The position numbers and the translations under genes were made by a program. A stretch of DNA of 32,000 nucleotides from Rhodobacter capsulatus SB 1003 (GTDB lineage Bacteria; Pseudomonadota; Alphaproteobacteria; Rhodobacterales; Rhodobacteraceae): positions 2,790,001 through 2,822,000 of the forward strand of contig NC_014034.1 of NCBI RefSeq assembly GCF_000021865.1, in the 5' to 3' direction. Shown here piece by piece: positions 7,916 through 17,051 of the stretch (its first letter is position 1; each line of letters opens with the position of its first letter). The notes below the pieces were generated by a model. The model saw only the letters and a program-made list of their open reading frames with translations, did no database searches and was not told the DNA's origin.

Positions 7916-10558
7916 ATGAGCGCCAAGACGTCCGCTTCCGTCAGCTTCTTCCATTCGAGTTTCTTCCGCGCCACCCTTCTCGTCGCCGCCTCGGTGCTGG
8001 CGGTCGTGGTCTCGATGACGCTTTACAACGTGCACACGACCACCGAGCTGGCGCTGAAACAGCTGCAGCAACAGGCCCAGGGCGCCAGCGGCATCATCGC
8101 CAAGCAGCTGGTCGGGCCGATGCGCTTTTCGGACAAGCTGCAGCTGGGCAAGGCGCTGCAGGACGTCGTGGACGATCCCTCGAACCCCGCCGACATGATG
8201 ATGGCGGTGAACGAAAAGGGCGAAGCGCTGGCCACCTATGCGGCCGAGGGCGCCGACACGGCCGAGCTGACGGCGATGGCGCAGACGCTTGCCGGACAGA
8301 AATCCGTCGTCACCTCGGAAGACGGGCTGACCATCGCCACCCCGGTCACCGGCGCGACCAGCGGCACCGTCCTTGGCTATGTGCTGTCGCACTGGTCCGA
8401 GGAACAGACCGATGCCGCGATCGCCTCGGCCACCCGCACCAGCCTGATCGTCTCGGGCCTGATCCTGATCGCGGCGATGCTGCTCACCAGCTTCTTCTTC
8501 CGCGCGATGATCTCGCTGCGGCTGGGCCGGATCAACACCGCGATGTCGGCGATCGCCGACGGTGCCCTGGCCACCGAGGTGCCCTATACCGGGACCAAGG
8601 ACGAAATCGGCCATATCGCGAAATCCCTTGAAGCCTTCCGGCAATCGCTGGAGCAGGCCGAAGCCACGAACCGCGTCGCGCTGATGCGGGGCACGGCGCT
8701 CGCCTCGGCCTCGACCGCGATCATGCTGACCGACACCGCGCATGTCATCACCTGGGCGAACGAGGCGATGGTGAAGCTGATGCGGGTGCATGCCGCGGCG
8801 ATCCGGGCGCGCAATCCGGATTTCGACCCGGACAACATGATCGGCTATCGCGCCGACCGCATCGTCGAGGGCGGCACCGAGATCGCGGGCGAGATGGACG
8901 CCGGGAGCCGGGCCTCGCTCCGCATCGAGCAGGATCTGGCCTCGGGAACCCTGGTGGTGGAAGCGAACCCGGTGATGACGCCGGATGGCACCAAGATCGG
9001 CCATGTCGCCGAATGGCATGACATCACCGAGGCGCGGCGCAATATCGCGATCACCGAGGCGATCGATGCGACGCAGCTGCGGGTGGAATTCACCCCGGAT
9101 GGCCGGATGAGCGCGGCGAACGTGGCGATGTGCGTGATCTCGCAGCGCGACGAGTCGCAGCTGATCGGCATGGATTTCTCGCGGCTGGTGCGGGTGGCCG
9201 CGACCGGGGAAATGGCGTTCGAGGCGATTGCGCGCGGCGAAAACGTGATCGGGCGGCTTCTCCTGTCGATCGACGGCCAGGAATTGCTGCTCAACGGCGC
9301 GATGACGCCGGTGCGCGACCGCAAGGGCACGATCCGGCGCGTCGTCGCCATCGGCACCGACATGTCGGAGATCGAATCCCGCGAGGCGCACGCCCGGATC
9401 GAGCGCGAACGCGCCGCCGCCGAACAGCGTCAGGTGGTCGACCAGCTGCGCGACGCGCTGCGGCATCTGGCCGAGGGCGATCTGACGCAGGCGATCCGCG
9501 AGCCCTTCCCGGGCGATTACGAGACGCTGCGGGTCGATTACAACGACGCCACGGCGAAGCTGCGCGAAGCGATGGCGATGGTGCTGGAAAACTCGAGCCT
9601 GATCCGCACCGAATCGGGCAGCATCTCGCGCGCGGCCGAGGATCTCTCGCGCCGGACCGAGCAACAGGCCGCGACGCTCGAGGAAACCGCCGCGGCGCTG
9701 AACGAGCTGACCGCCTCGGTGAAATCGGCGGCCGATCGCACCTTGAAGGCCAATGACATGGTGGCTCTCGCCCGGCGCAACACCGAATCGAGCGGCCAGG
9801 TCGTGCGCGAGGCCGTGCAGGCGATGGGCGAGATTTCCGAAAGCTCGAACAAGATTTCGCGCATCACCTCGGTGATCGAGGAAATCTCCTTCCAGACCAA
9901 CCTTCTTGCGCTGAACGCGGGGGTGGAAGCCGCCCGTGCGGGCGAAGCCGGGCGCGGCTTTGCCGTCGTCGCCTCGGAAGTGCGGGCGCTGGCGCAACGG
10001 TCCTCGGAAGCCGCGCGCGAAATCGCCGGTCTGATCTCGGATTCGGCCGGTCAGGTGAAACGCGGCGTGGAACTGGTCGGACAGGCGGGCAGCGCGCTGG
10101 ACGGCATCCAAGGCTCTGTCGCCGAAATCGTCACCTTCATGTCGGACATCACCGCCTCGACCACCGAGCAATCGGCCGGCCTGAGCGAGGTCAACACCGC
10201 GATCCTGCAACTGGATCAGGTCACCCAGCACAATGCCGCGATGTTCGAGGAAACCTCGGCCGCCAGCCAGTCCCTGGCCCGCGAGGCGGACGGGCTGAAC
10301 GACACGATGAGCCGGTTCCGCCTTGGCACGCAGCAGGGCACGGGGGCTGCCGCAAGCAACTTCCGGTCGACCCGCCCGGTGGCAGCGCCGGTCGCGCCCG
10401 CCCCCGCCGCCGAGCCGAAGGCGCCCACGCCGATCCGTGCGGCCACCCCGGCCCCGGCTCCGGCTCCGGCCCCGGCTCCGGCGCCGCGCGCCAGTGCCCG
10501 GGCCTCGAATCTGGCGGTCAAACAGGCGCCTGCCGAGGACAACTGGGAAGATTTCTGA
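7916..10558 (+). CDS. Methyl-accepting chemotaxis protein (two TM segments, periplasmic domain, HAMP, two PAS domains, MA signalling domain, C-terminal NWEDF pentapeptide)
   Basis: TM1 is [17 protein letters not shown] and TM2 is [22 protein letters not shown]-like blocks ([18 protein letters not shown]...; [17 protein letters not shown]...). The highly conserved MA hairpin is [50 protein letters not shown]. The protein ends ...[10 protein letters not shown]. Confidence 0.95.
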   Translation: MSAKTSASVSFFHSSFFRATLLVAASVLAVVVSMTLYNVHTTTELALKQLQQQAQGASGIIAKQLVGPMRFSDKLQLGKALQDVVDDPSNPADMMMAVNEKGEALATYAAEGADTAELTAMAQTLAGQKSVVTSEDGLTIATPVTGATSGTVLGYVLSHWSEEQTDAAIASATRTSLIVSGLILIAAMLLTSFFFRAMISLRLGRINTAMSAIADGALATEVPYTGTKDEIGHIAKSLEAFRQSLEQAEATNRVALMRGTALASASTAIMLTDTAHVITWANEAMVKLMRVHAAAIRARNPDFDPDNMIGYRADRIVEGGTEIAGEMDAGSRASLRIEQDLASGTLVVEANPVMTPDGTKIGHVAEWHDITEARRNIAITEAIDATQLRVEFTPDGRMSAANVAMCVISQRDESQLIGMDFSRLVRVAATGEMAFEAIARGENVIGRLLLSIDGQELLLNGAMTPVRDRKGTIRRVVAIGTDMSEIESREAHARIERERAAAEQRQVVDQLRDALRHLAEGDLTQAIREPFPGDYETLRVDYNDATAKLREAMAMVLENSSLIRTESGSISRAAEDLSRRTEQQAATLEETAAALNELTASVKSAADRTLKANDMVALARRNTESSGQVVREAVQAMGEISESSNKISRITSVIEEISFQTNLLALNAGVEAARAGEAGRGFAVVASEVRALAQRSSEAAREIAGLISDSAGQVKRGVELVGQAGSALDGIQGSVAEIVTFMSDITASTTEQSAGLSEVNTAILQLDQVTQHNAAMFEETSAASQSLAREADGLNDTMSRFRLGTQQGTGAAASNFRSTRPVAAPVAPAPAAEPKAPTPIRAATPAPAPAPAPAPAPRASARASNLAVKQAPAEDNWEDF
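10448..10486 (+). repeat. Imperfect hexanucleotide (ccg-gcn) tandem repeat encoding a (Pro-Ala) run in the MCP C-terminal linker
   Basis: ccg gcc ccg gct ccg gct ccg gcc ccg gct ccg gcg ccg translates to [13 protein letters not shown] in the MCP reading frame. Confidence 0.85.
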
Positions 10559-10564
10559 TCCGGC

Positions 10565-10921
10565 TCAACTGCCGCGATAGGTCGAATAGCCGTAAGGCGA
10601 CAGCAGCAGGGGCACATGGTAATGTGCCCCTGCGTCATTCATCCCGAAGCGGATCGGAATTTCGTCCAGAAACAGCGGCTCTGCCGCGCCCTGTCCGTTC
10701 CGGCGCAGATAGGCGCCGACGTGGAAGACCAGTTCGTAACAGCCGGTCGCAAAATCCGCCGCCGCCAGGATCGGCGCATCGGTCCGGCCATCGGCATTGG
10801 TGCGGCTTCGGGCCAGCGGATGGCGCCCCGCGGCGTCGATGCGGTTCAGCTCGATCTCGATGCCCTCCGCCGGGCAGCCCCGCGCGGTATCGAGCACATG
10901 GGTCGTCAGATATCCGGCCAT
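10565..10921 (-). CDS. uraH: 5-hydroxyisourate hydrolase (transthyretin-like)
   Basis: [20 protein letters not shown]...[18 protein letters not shown] with the diagnostic C-terminal YRGS tetrapeptide. ATG at 10919-10921. The track ORF start at 11077 is an upstream extension. Confidence 0.93.
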   Translation of the reverse strand: MAGYLTTHVLDTARGCPAEGIEIELNRIDAAGRHPLARSRTNADGRTDAPILAAADFATGCYELVFHVGAYLRRNGQGAAEPLFLDEIPIRFGMNDAGAHYHVPLLLSPYGYSTYRGS

Positions 10922-11054
10922 AGCCCCCCTCTTCCGCCGTGCCCCCGCTCGCCGCGATGTCGCACGGCGAGATGCGAAACGGATGATTTCCTTTTCGAAA
11001 AAAACCTGAAACTCTCTGTCATGCAATCCCCCTGCAGCCGGACCGGAGGCTAAG

Positions 11055-12470
11055 ATGACCCGATATCCCAGAGACATGCGCGGCTATGGCGGCTCTCCGC
11101 CCGATGCGCGCTGGCCCGGGAAAGCCCGGATCGCGATTTCTCTGGTGCTGAACTACGAAGAGGGCGGCGAGAACTGCATCCTGCATGGCGATGCCGCCTC
11201 GGAAGCCTTCTTGTCCGACATCGCGGGGGCCGCCCAATGGCCCGGCCAGCGCCACTGGAACATGGAATCGATCTATGAATACGGCGCCCGCGCCGGGTTC
11301 TGGCGGCTGCATCGGCTGTTCACCGGGATGGCGCTGCCGGTCACCATCTATGGCGTCGCCACCGCGCTGGCCCGCAGCCCCGAACAGGTCGCGGCGATGA
11401 AGGCGGCGGGCTGGGAAATCGCCAGCCACGGGCTGAAATGGGTCGAGCACCGCGACATGCCCGAAGAGGAGGAACGCCGCCAGATCGCCGAGGCGATCCG
11501 GCTGCATGCCGAAGTCGTGGGCGAACGCCCCCGCGGCTGGTATACCGGGCGCTGTTCGGCCAATACCGTGCGCCTGACCGCGGAAGAAGGCGGTTTCGAC
11601 TGGATTTCAGACACTTACGACGACGACCTGCCGTATTGGCGGCGCTTCGGAAGCCACGAGCAGCTGATCATCCCCTACACGCTCGAAGCCAATGACATGC
11701 GCTTCGCCACCGCGCCGGGCTATATCGAGGGCGAGCAGTTCTTCACCTATCTGAAGGACAGCTTCGACACGCTTTACGCCGAGGGCACGGCCGGGACGGC
11801 AAAGATGTTTTCGATCGGCCTGCATTGCCGCCTGATCGGGCGGCCGGGCAAGATCGCGGGGCTCAAGCGCTTTCTGGACTATGCCCGCAGCCATGAGGGG
11901 GTCTGGTTTGCCACCCGCGGCCAGATCGCGGCGCATTGGGCCGCCACGCATCCGCCGCAAGACTTTGACCGGCCAAGCGAAATGACGCGAAGCGACTTCG
12001 TGGCCGCGTTTGGCGCGATTTACGAACACAGCCCCTGGATCGCCGAAAAGGCCCATGCGCTGGAGCTTGGCCCCGCGCATGACTGCGCCGAGGGCATCGC
12101 CAGCGCGCTGGCGCGGGTGTTCCGTTCGGCCCCGGAAACGCAGCGGCTGCGCGTGCTCAAGGCCCATCCCGATCTGGCCGGAAAACTTGCCCGGGCGCGG
12201 CGGCTGACGGCGGAAAGCACCGCCGAACAGGCCTCGGCCGGGCTCGATGCGCTGACCGATGCCGAACGGGTGGCATTTGAGGAGCTCAACCACGATTACA
12301 CCGAAAAATTCGGCTTCCCCTTCATCATCGCGGTGAAGGATCACACGAAACCGGCGATCCTTGCGGCCTTCCGCCGCCGGATCGCCAACGACCGCGCCAC
12401 CGAATTCGCCGAGGCCTGCCATCAGGTCGAACGCATCGCCTGGCACCGACTGAAGGACCTGCTGCCATGA
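11055..12470 (+). CDS. puuE: Fusion protein: PuuE-type allantoinase (polysaccharide-deacetylase fold) plus OHCU decarboxylase
   Basis: N-terminal about 305 aa: [36 protein letters not shown]...[11 protein letters not shown] (PuuE pattern). C-terminal part from about nt 11980: [21 protein letters not shown]...[10 protein letters not shown]...FPFIIAVK (OHCU decarboxylase / UraD pattern). GGAGG lies 5 nt upstream of the ATG. Confidence 0.88.
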   Translation: MTRYPRDMRGYGGSPPDARWPGKARIAISLVLNYEEGGENCILHGDAASEAFLSDIAGAAQWPGQRHWNMESIYEYGARAGFWRLHRLFTGMALPVTIYGVATALARSPEQVAAMKAAGWEIASHGLKWVEHRDMPEEEERRQIAEAIRLHAEVVGERPRGWYTGRCSANTVRLTAEEGGFDWISDTYDDDLPYWRRFGSHEQLIIPYTLEANDMRFATAPGYIEGEQFFTYLKDSFDTLYAEGTAGTAKMFSIGLHCRLIGRPGKIAGLKRFLDYARSHEGVWFATRGQIAAHWAATHPPQDFDRPSEMTRSDFVAAFGAIYEHSPWIAEKAHALELGPAHDCAEGIASALARVFRSAPETQRLRVLKAHPDLAGKLARARRLTAESTAEQASAGLDALTDAERVAFEELNHDYTEKFGFPFIIAVKDHTKPAILAAFRRRIANDRATEFAEACHQVERIAWHRLKDLLP

Positions 12471-13297
12471 CCGGCTATTACACCCCCACCGGCGGCCTGC
12501 CGCCGCAAACCGCGCTGATGACCGGCCGCGCGATCTTTACCGAGGCCTATGCGGTGATCCCGAAAGGCTGCTTTTCCGACATCGTGACCAGCTTCCTGCC
12601 GGGCTGGACGAAGACGCGGATGTGGCTGATCGCGCGACCGATGAGCGGCTTTTCGGAAACCTTCAGCCAATATGTGATGGAGGTCGGGGCCGATGGCGGG
12701 GCCGACCTGCCCGATGCCGACCCCGGCGCGGAACATGTGCTTTTCGTCACCGACGGCGCGATGTGGCTCTCGCTTGATGGCCAGGACCACGAGCTGGCTT
12801 CGGGCGGATATGCTTACATTCCCGCGGGCTGCAGCTGGTCGGTCAAGAACGGCGCCGATGATCCGCTGCGTTTCCACTGGATCCGCAAGCTTTGGGAACC
12901 GGCGCCGGGGCTGGAAAAACCCGCCGCCTTCGTGACGAACGAGCGCGAGATCAAGCCCGTCGCGATGCCCGAGACCCAGGGCCGCTGGGCCACCACCCGC
13001 TTCGTCGATCCGACCGATCTGCGCCATGACATGCATGTCAACATCGTCACCTTCCAGCCCGGCGGGCTGATCCCCTTCGAGGAGACGCATGTGATGGAGC
13101 ACGGGCTTTATGTCCTTGAAGGCAAAGCGGTTTACAAGCTGAACCGGGATTGGGTCGAGGTCGAGGCGGGCGATTTCATGTGGCTGCGCGCCTATTGTCC
13201 GCAGGCCTGCTATGCCGCCGGGCCGGGGCCGTTCCGCTATCTGCTTTACAAGGATGTCAACCGCCACGCCCGTCTGCGCGGCGTGCTTGGCCGCTAA
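12467..13297 (+). CDS. allE: (S)-ureidoglycine aminohydrolase (bicupin, AllE/YlbA family)
   Basis: [34 protein letters not shown]..., then two cupin modules (GGYAYIPAG...; FMWLRAYCPQACYAAG). ATGA overlap with the upstream gene at 12467-12470. Confidence 0.85.
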   Translation: MTGYYTPTGGLPPQTALMTGRAIFTEAYAVIPKGCFSDIVTSFLPGWTKTRMWLIARPMSGFSETFSQYVMEVGADGGADLPDADPGAEHVLFVTDGAMWLSLDGQDHELASGGYAYIPAGCSWSVKNGADDPLRFHWIRKLWEPAPGLEKPAAFVTNEREIKPVAMPETQGRWATTRFVDPTDLRHDMHVNIVTFQPGGLIPFEETHVMEHGLYVLEGKAVYKLNRDWVEVEAGDFMWLRAYCPQACYAAGPGPFRYLLYKDVNRHARLRGVLGR

Positions 13298-14556
13298 AGG
13301 ATCAGGAAAGCCCGGAAATCGTTGACATTCGTCAGCGTCGGTCCGGGCTTCACCTGGGTTCCCAGCGCGGCGAAGAAGCGATGCGCATCATGCCCGGCCA
13401 GCGCCGCCGCGGGGTCAAGCCCCCGCGCGCGGGCCTTGGCCAGACTGTCCGGGCCAATCACCGCCCCCGCCACCTCGGCCGCGCCATCGACGCCGTCGGT
13501 ATCGGCCGCCAGCGCCCAGATCCCCGGCGCGGCATCCAGCGTGCGCAGCGCCGATAGCAGAAATTCAACATTCGGCCCGCCCAGACCGGGGTTTTCCCGC
13601 AGGGAAACTGTACATTCCCCACCCGAGAGCAAAACCAGCGGCGCCCCCCCCGGGCGACGGGCGCTGGCATAGGTCCGCGCCATCCGCGCCAGTTTCGCCC
13701 CCAGATCCGCGGCTTCGCCGGTCAGCGCATCGCCTTGCACCCGCACCGCGCAGCCCTCTGCCCGGGCCAGGGCCGCCGCCGCCGCGAGCGATTGCGCGGG
13801 GGCGGCGACGATGACGGTCTCGCAGCGCGACAGCGCAAAGGCGCCCGGGGCCAGCACGCCCGAGCCCGCACGCAGCCGCGCCAGCACCTTCGGCGGCACC
13901 TCGATGCGATGATCTTGCAGGATTTTCAGCGCCTCGGCCGGGGTGGTGCCATCCCCCACCGTCGGCCCGGAGGCGATGAAGCTCGGGTCATCTCCCGCCA
14001 CGTCGGAAATCAGCAGCGCCCGCATCTGCGCCGGAAAAGCCGCCGCCGCCAGCTGCCCGCCCTTGACCGCGCTCAGATGCTTGCGCACCGTGTTGATCTG
14101 CTCGATCGGCGCCCCCGAGGCCAGCAGCGCCGCGGTCACCGCCTGTTTCTCGGCCAGCGCCAGCCCTTCGGCCGGGGCGCAAAGCAGCGCCGAACCCCCG
14201 CCCGAAATCAGCGCCAGCACGAAATCCCCGGGCGCCAGGCCGCGCAGCAGATCCAGCATCCGCCGGGTCGCCGCAACCCCCGCCGCATCGGGCACAGGAT
14301 GCGAGGCCTCTATGATTTCAATGCCTTGGCACGGCCGTGCATGGCCATACCGGGTGATCACCAGCCCCTCGCAGGGGCCCCAGAGGCTCTCGACCGCCTC
14401 CGCCATCCGCGCCGAGGCCTTGCCCGCGCCGATCACCACCACCCTTCCGGGCGGGCGCGGGCCCAGCACCCGCGGCAGAACCTGCATCGGGTCCGCCGCC
14501 GCCACGGCCGTTTCGAAAAGCCTGTGCAACAAGTCCGTCGGGGTCAGGAAAGCCAC
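13294..14556 (-). CDS. Glycerate 2-kinase / hydroxypyruvate-reductase-like protein (DUF4147 + MOFRL, TtuD/GckA family)
   Basis: LFETAVAAADP...VVVIGAGKASARMAEA...LISGGGSALL...LLSGGECTV...LAADTDGVDG are typical MOFRL-family blocks. GTG start at 14554-14556 overlaps the upstream cupin gene by 13 nt. Confidence 0.85.
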   Translation of the reverse strand: MAFLTPTDLLHRLFETAVAAADPMQVLPRVLGPRPPGRVVVIGAGKASARMAEAVESLWGPCEGLVITRYGHARPCQGIEIIEASHPVPDAAGVAATRRMLDLLRGLAPGDFVLALISGGGSALLCAPAEGLALAEKQAVTAALLASGAPIEQINTVRKHLSAVKGGQLAAAAFPAQMRALLISDVAGDDPSFIASGPTVGDGTTPAEALKILQDHRIEVPPKVLARLRAGSGVLAPGAFALSRCETVIVAAPAQSLAAAAALARAEGCAVRVQGDALTGEAADLGAKLARMARTYASARRPGGAPLVLLSGGECTVSLRENPGLGGPNVEFLLSALRTLDAAPGIWALAADTDGVDGAAEVAGAVIGPDSLAKARARGLDPAAALAGHDAHRFFAALGTQVKPGPTLTNVNDFRAFLIL

Positions 14557-15230
14557 GTTTCATAATCCGAGACCAGCAGATGAAGCGGGTCCTCGTCCTC
14601 TTCGATATCCGCGAAACGACCGATCGGATCGCGGAAGATGTTGTCGGTGCGGTCGTCATTGACCGTGGAAACCTCGCCGATCAGTACATCTCCCCCCTCG
14701 CCCCAGAAGGCGTGCCAGTTGCCCGGCATCAGGGTCACGCTTTCCCCGGGCGCAAGCCGCAGGATACCGCCCGCAGGCAGGCATTTCGTCACCCCGTCCG
14801 AGGCGACAACGACGGGCGCCCCGGGGTCAAGCGCCCCCGCGGCATCCGAACTGAACATCTCGACCGCCAGCGTCGCGCCACCGCGATTGATGATATCTTC
14901 CGCCTTGACGATATGGCGGTGCAGGGGCGAGAGCTGATTTTCCCGCGAAATCATGATCTTCTCGGCGTAGCACAGGCCCCCGCCCCGGGCGAGATCCGCG
15001 GCCCGGCCATTGCGGGCGGTGAACAGGAACAACCCCATCCGGGCGAAATCGCCCTGACCGTAATCGGTGATGTCCCAGCCCAGACGGGCCGAGACGATGC
15101 CGTCGATCTCGGCGCGTCGCGCCTGCATCTCGCGCGGGGACCAATGGGCGAAGGGGGGCAGGATCTGGCCGAAGCCGCGCAGGAAGGCCTCGGACTGGCG
15201 CAAGATGGTGTTGATCTCGGATCGCTTCAT
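14544..15230 (-). CDS. D-lyxose/D-mannose ketol-isomerase family cupin
   Basis: MKRSEINTILRQSEAFLRGFGQILPPFAHWSP...LGWDITDYGQGDF...YAEKIM...EDIINRGG...GEVSTVNDDRTDNIF matches my recollection of the enterobacterial/Bacillus D-lyxose isomerase family. ATG at 15228-15230. Confidence 0.8.
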   Translation of the reverse strand: MKRSEINTILRQSEAFLRGFGQILPPFAHWSPREMQARRAEIDGIVSARLGWDITDYGQGDFARMGLFLFTARNGRAADLARGGGLCYAEKIMISRENQLSPLHRHIVKAEDIINRGGATLAVEMFSSDAAGALDPGAPVVVASDGVTKCLPAGGILRLAPGESVTLMPGNWHAFWGEGGDVLIGEVSTVNDDRTDNIFRDPIGRFADIEEDEDPLHLLVSDYETWLS

Positions 15231-15284
15231 GGCCGCACCTCTGCCCCGAGGGTTGCGCAACACCCGATCACAAGCAAGTGAAAA

Positions 15285-15305
15285 GCGGGGGGAAATCCCC
15301 CCCGC
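15285..15305 (-). terminator. Rho-independent terminator downstream of the 5'-nucleotidase gene
   Basis: gcgggggg (15285-15292), loop aaat, cccccccgc (15297-15305). On the minus strand it is followed by CTTTTCAC. It lies 22 nt after the stop at 15327-15329. Confidence 0.7.
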
Positions 15306-15326
15306 GACGCAATCCGGGCGAAGTCT

Positions 15327-16892
15327 CTACTTTCGGGTGATCCGGCCATCGACGGCCGCCGCATAGGGCGAGTGCCGTGCCAGAAATTCCGCCGTCACAT
15401 CGGCCAGATCGGGACCGAAGTCATAGGCATTCATCCCCTCGGCCGCGAACATCCTGTAGCCGTCGCCGCCGCCGCGCAGGAAGTTGTTGGTCACCACGCC
15501 ATAGGTTGCCGTTACGTCAAGCGGCGCCCAGCCGAGCGCGGTCGCCACCTGCACCGCGCTGACGCGCGCCCCCGCGGGCTTGGCCGGATCGAAGCTGTAT
15601 CTCAGCCCCGCCACCTGCGGAAACCGCCCCTCGCCCTCCTCGACCGCGCCGACGCCGTTTTCCAGCGCCGCCAGAATCGTCGCCCCCTTCGCCTCGAAGG
15701 TCGAGAGCGTGTTCTGGAACGGCAGAACGGTCAGCACCTCGCCCATCGTCACCGGCCCGGCATCGATCGAGGCCCGCAAGCCCCCGCCATTCGTGATCGC
15801 AATCGCGATGCCCTGATCCTTGACCCGGTCCAGCATCGCCTCGGCCACCAGATTGCCCATCGCGCATTCCGTCTGCCGACAATGATCGCGCGATCCGTCG
15901 ATCTCGGAGGTGCTTTCGGCAACGACCTTGTCGCGGATCTCCTGCAGCGGCTTGGCCAGCTCCGCCACCCGCGCCGCCACCGCCGCATCGGGCGTGACCG
16001 AGGCATCGAGCAGAATGGGTTCCCCGCCCGCCGATTTCAGATGGCCCGCATCGTCGAAGGTCAACACCAGATGGCCCAGATATTTCGAATAGGCATAGGC
16101 CGAGACGACCGGCACCCCGCCGACCATCGTCGGATAGGCGGCGCCCTTCGGGCCGAACAGCGTGTGCGAATGCCCGCCCACCACCGCGTCGATCCCCGGA
16201 ACGGCGGCGGCGATCTCCTGATCCTTGACGAAACCCGTGTGCGGGATCGCAATGATCTTCGTCACCCCCTGATCGGTCAGCGCCTGAACATCGGCCTTCA
16301 GGCTTTCGATCTCGTCCTGAAAGGTGATGTCGGGCCCGGGCGAGGAAGTTTCCACCGTATCGGTCGCCAAAGCCGAGACCAGACCGATCTTCTCGCCCCC
16401 GGCCTGCAGCACGACCGTATCGAAGATCTTGTCCTTTAGCGATGAGCGGCTCAGATCCAGGTTGCCGGAGACCAGCGGAAATTGCACTTTTGCAACAAAA
16501 GCCGCCAGACCCTCGGGACCGTCGTCGAATTCGTGGTTGCCCACCGCCATCGCATCATAGCCGATCTTCGACATGAATTCGGCGGTGTCCGCGCCCTTGT
16601 AGGTGGTGTAGAAAAGCGAGCCCTGGAACTGATCGCCCGCATCCAGCACGATCACATTCTGCCCCGCCAGCTCTGTCCGCAGCGCCGCCACCTTCGCCGC
16701 GACGCGGGCGATGCCGCCAAAGCATTTCGCCTCGGCGGCGTCCTTCTCGGAACAGGTGCTGTCGTATTTGTTGATCTCCTCGATCCGCGAATGCAGATCG
16801 TTCGTATGCAGGATGTGCAGCGTGTAATCGGCCTGGGCCGCCCCGGCGGTCAGGGCCAGCGCGGCGGTGGAAAGCAGCAGACGGACGGACAT
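15327..16892 (-). CDS. Secreted bifunctional metallophosphatase / 5'-nucleotidase (UshA family)
   Basis: Signal peptide MSVRLLLSTAALALTAGAAQA/D. Metallophosphoesterase motifs (ILHTNDLHSR, DAGDQFQGS, GNHEFD, GGHSHT) and a C-terminal 5'-nucleotidase domain. GAGGAGG sits upstream of the ATG. Confidence 0.92.
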   Translation of the reverse strand: MSVRLLLSTAALALTAGAAQADYTLHILHTNDLHSRIEEINKYDSTCSEKDAAEAKCFGGIARVAAKVAALRTELAGQNVIVLDAGDQFQGSLFYTTYKGADTAEFMSKIGYDAMAVGNHEFDDGPEGLAAFVAKVQFPLVSGNLDLSRSSLKDKIFDTVVLQAGGEKIGLVSALATDTVETSSPGPDITFQDEIESLKADVQALTDQGVTKIIAIPHTGFVKDQEIAAAVPGIDAVVGGHSHTLFGPKGAAYPTMVGGVPVVSAYAYSKYLGHLVLTFDDAGHLKSAGGEPILLDASVTPDAAVAARVAELAKPLQEIRDKVVAESTSEIDGSRDHCRQTECAMGNLVAEAMLDRVKDQGIAIAITNGGGLRASIDAGPVTMGEVLTVLPFQNTLSTFEAKGATILAALENGVGAVEEGEGRFPQVAGLRYSFDPAKPAGARVSAVQVATALGWAPLDVTATYGVVTNNFLRGGGDGYRMFAAEGMNAYDFGPDLADVTAEFLARHSPYAAAVDGRITRK

Positions 16893-17051
16893 TCGATCCT
16901 CCTCGGTTGAGAATGGGCCTACTGTGACGCGCGCGGGGCGGCGCTGTCAAAACCGGATTGGGCTTTTCCGCGGCCTGCCGCGGGACGGCGCCGGGACGAA
17001 AGCCCGCTGCCGGGGATTGACCATTTTCCGGGCAACGGGCATGAAACCTGC

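Noticed and set aside
7880-10231. 783-aa ORF antisense to the MCP gene. Similar long antisense ORFs are at 18758-20587 (acs), 20836-22600 (SulP), 23275-25536 (tailspike-like), 25734-27278 (lysK), 28353-30200 (dacB), 5379-6578 (clpX), 819-2282 (accC) and 30652-31695 (GGDEF).
   Set aside because: These have Arg/Gly/His/Asp/Pro-rich low-complexity translations typical of the reverse frame of GC3-rich genes. They contain no recognisable motifs. The opposite strand in every case encodes a protein with unambiguous family signatures.
10440-10490. Short tandem ccggcn repeats that might be taken for a repeat array or CRISPR-like element
   Set aside because: There are only about 6-7 hexamers with no spacers. 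They are in frame inside the MCP and encode a (Pro-Ala)n linker.
16893-17051. TTGACC (17017-17022) with a weak -10 that would give a near-leaderless DUF952 transcript, and the ccgcgg palindrome at about 16970-16984
   Set aside because: The -10 (CATGAA) is poor. The palindrome is a 6-bp GC motif expected by chance in this composition. Neither is strong enough to call.
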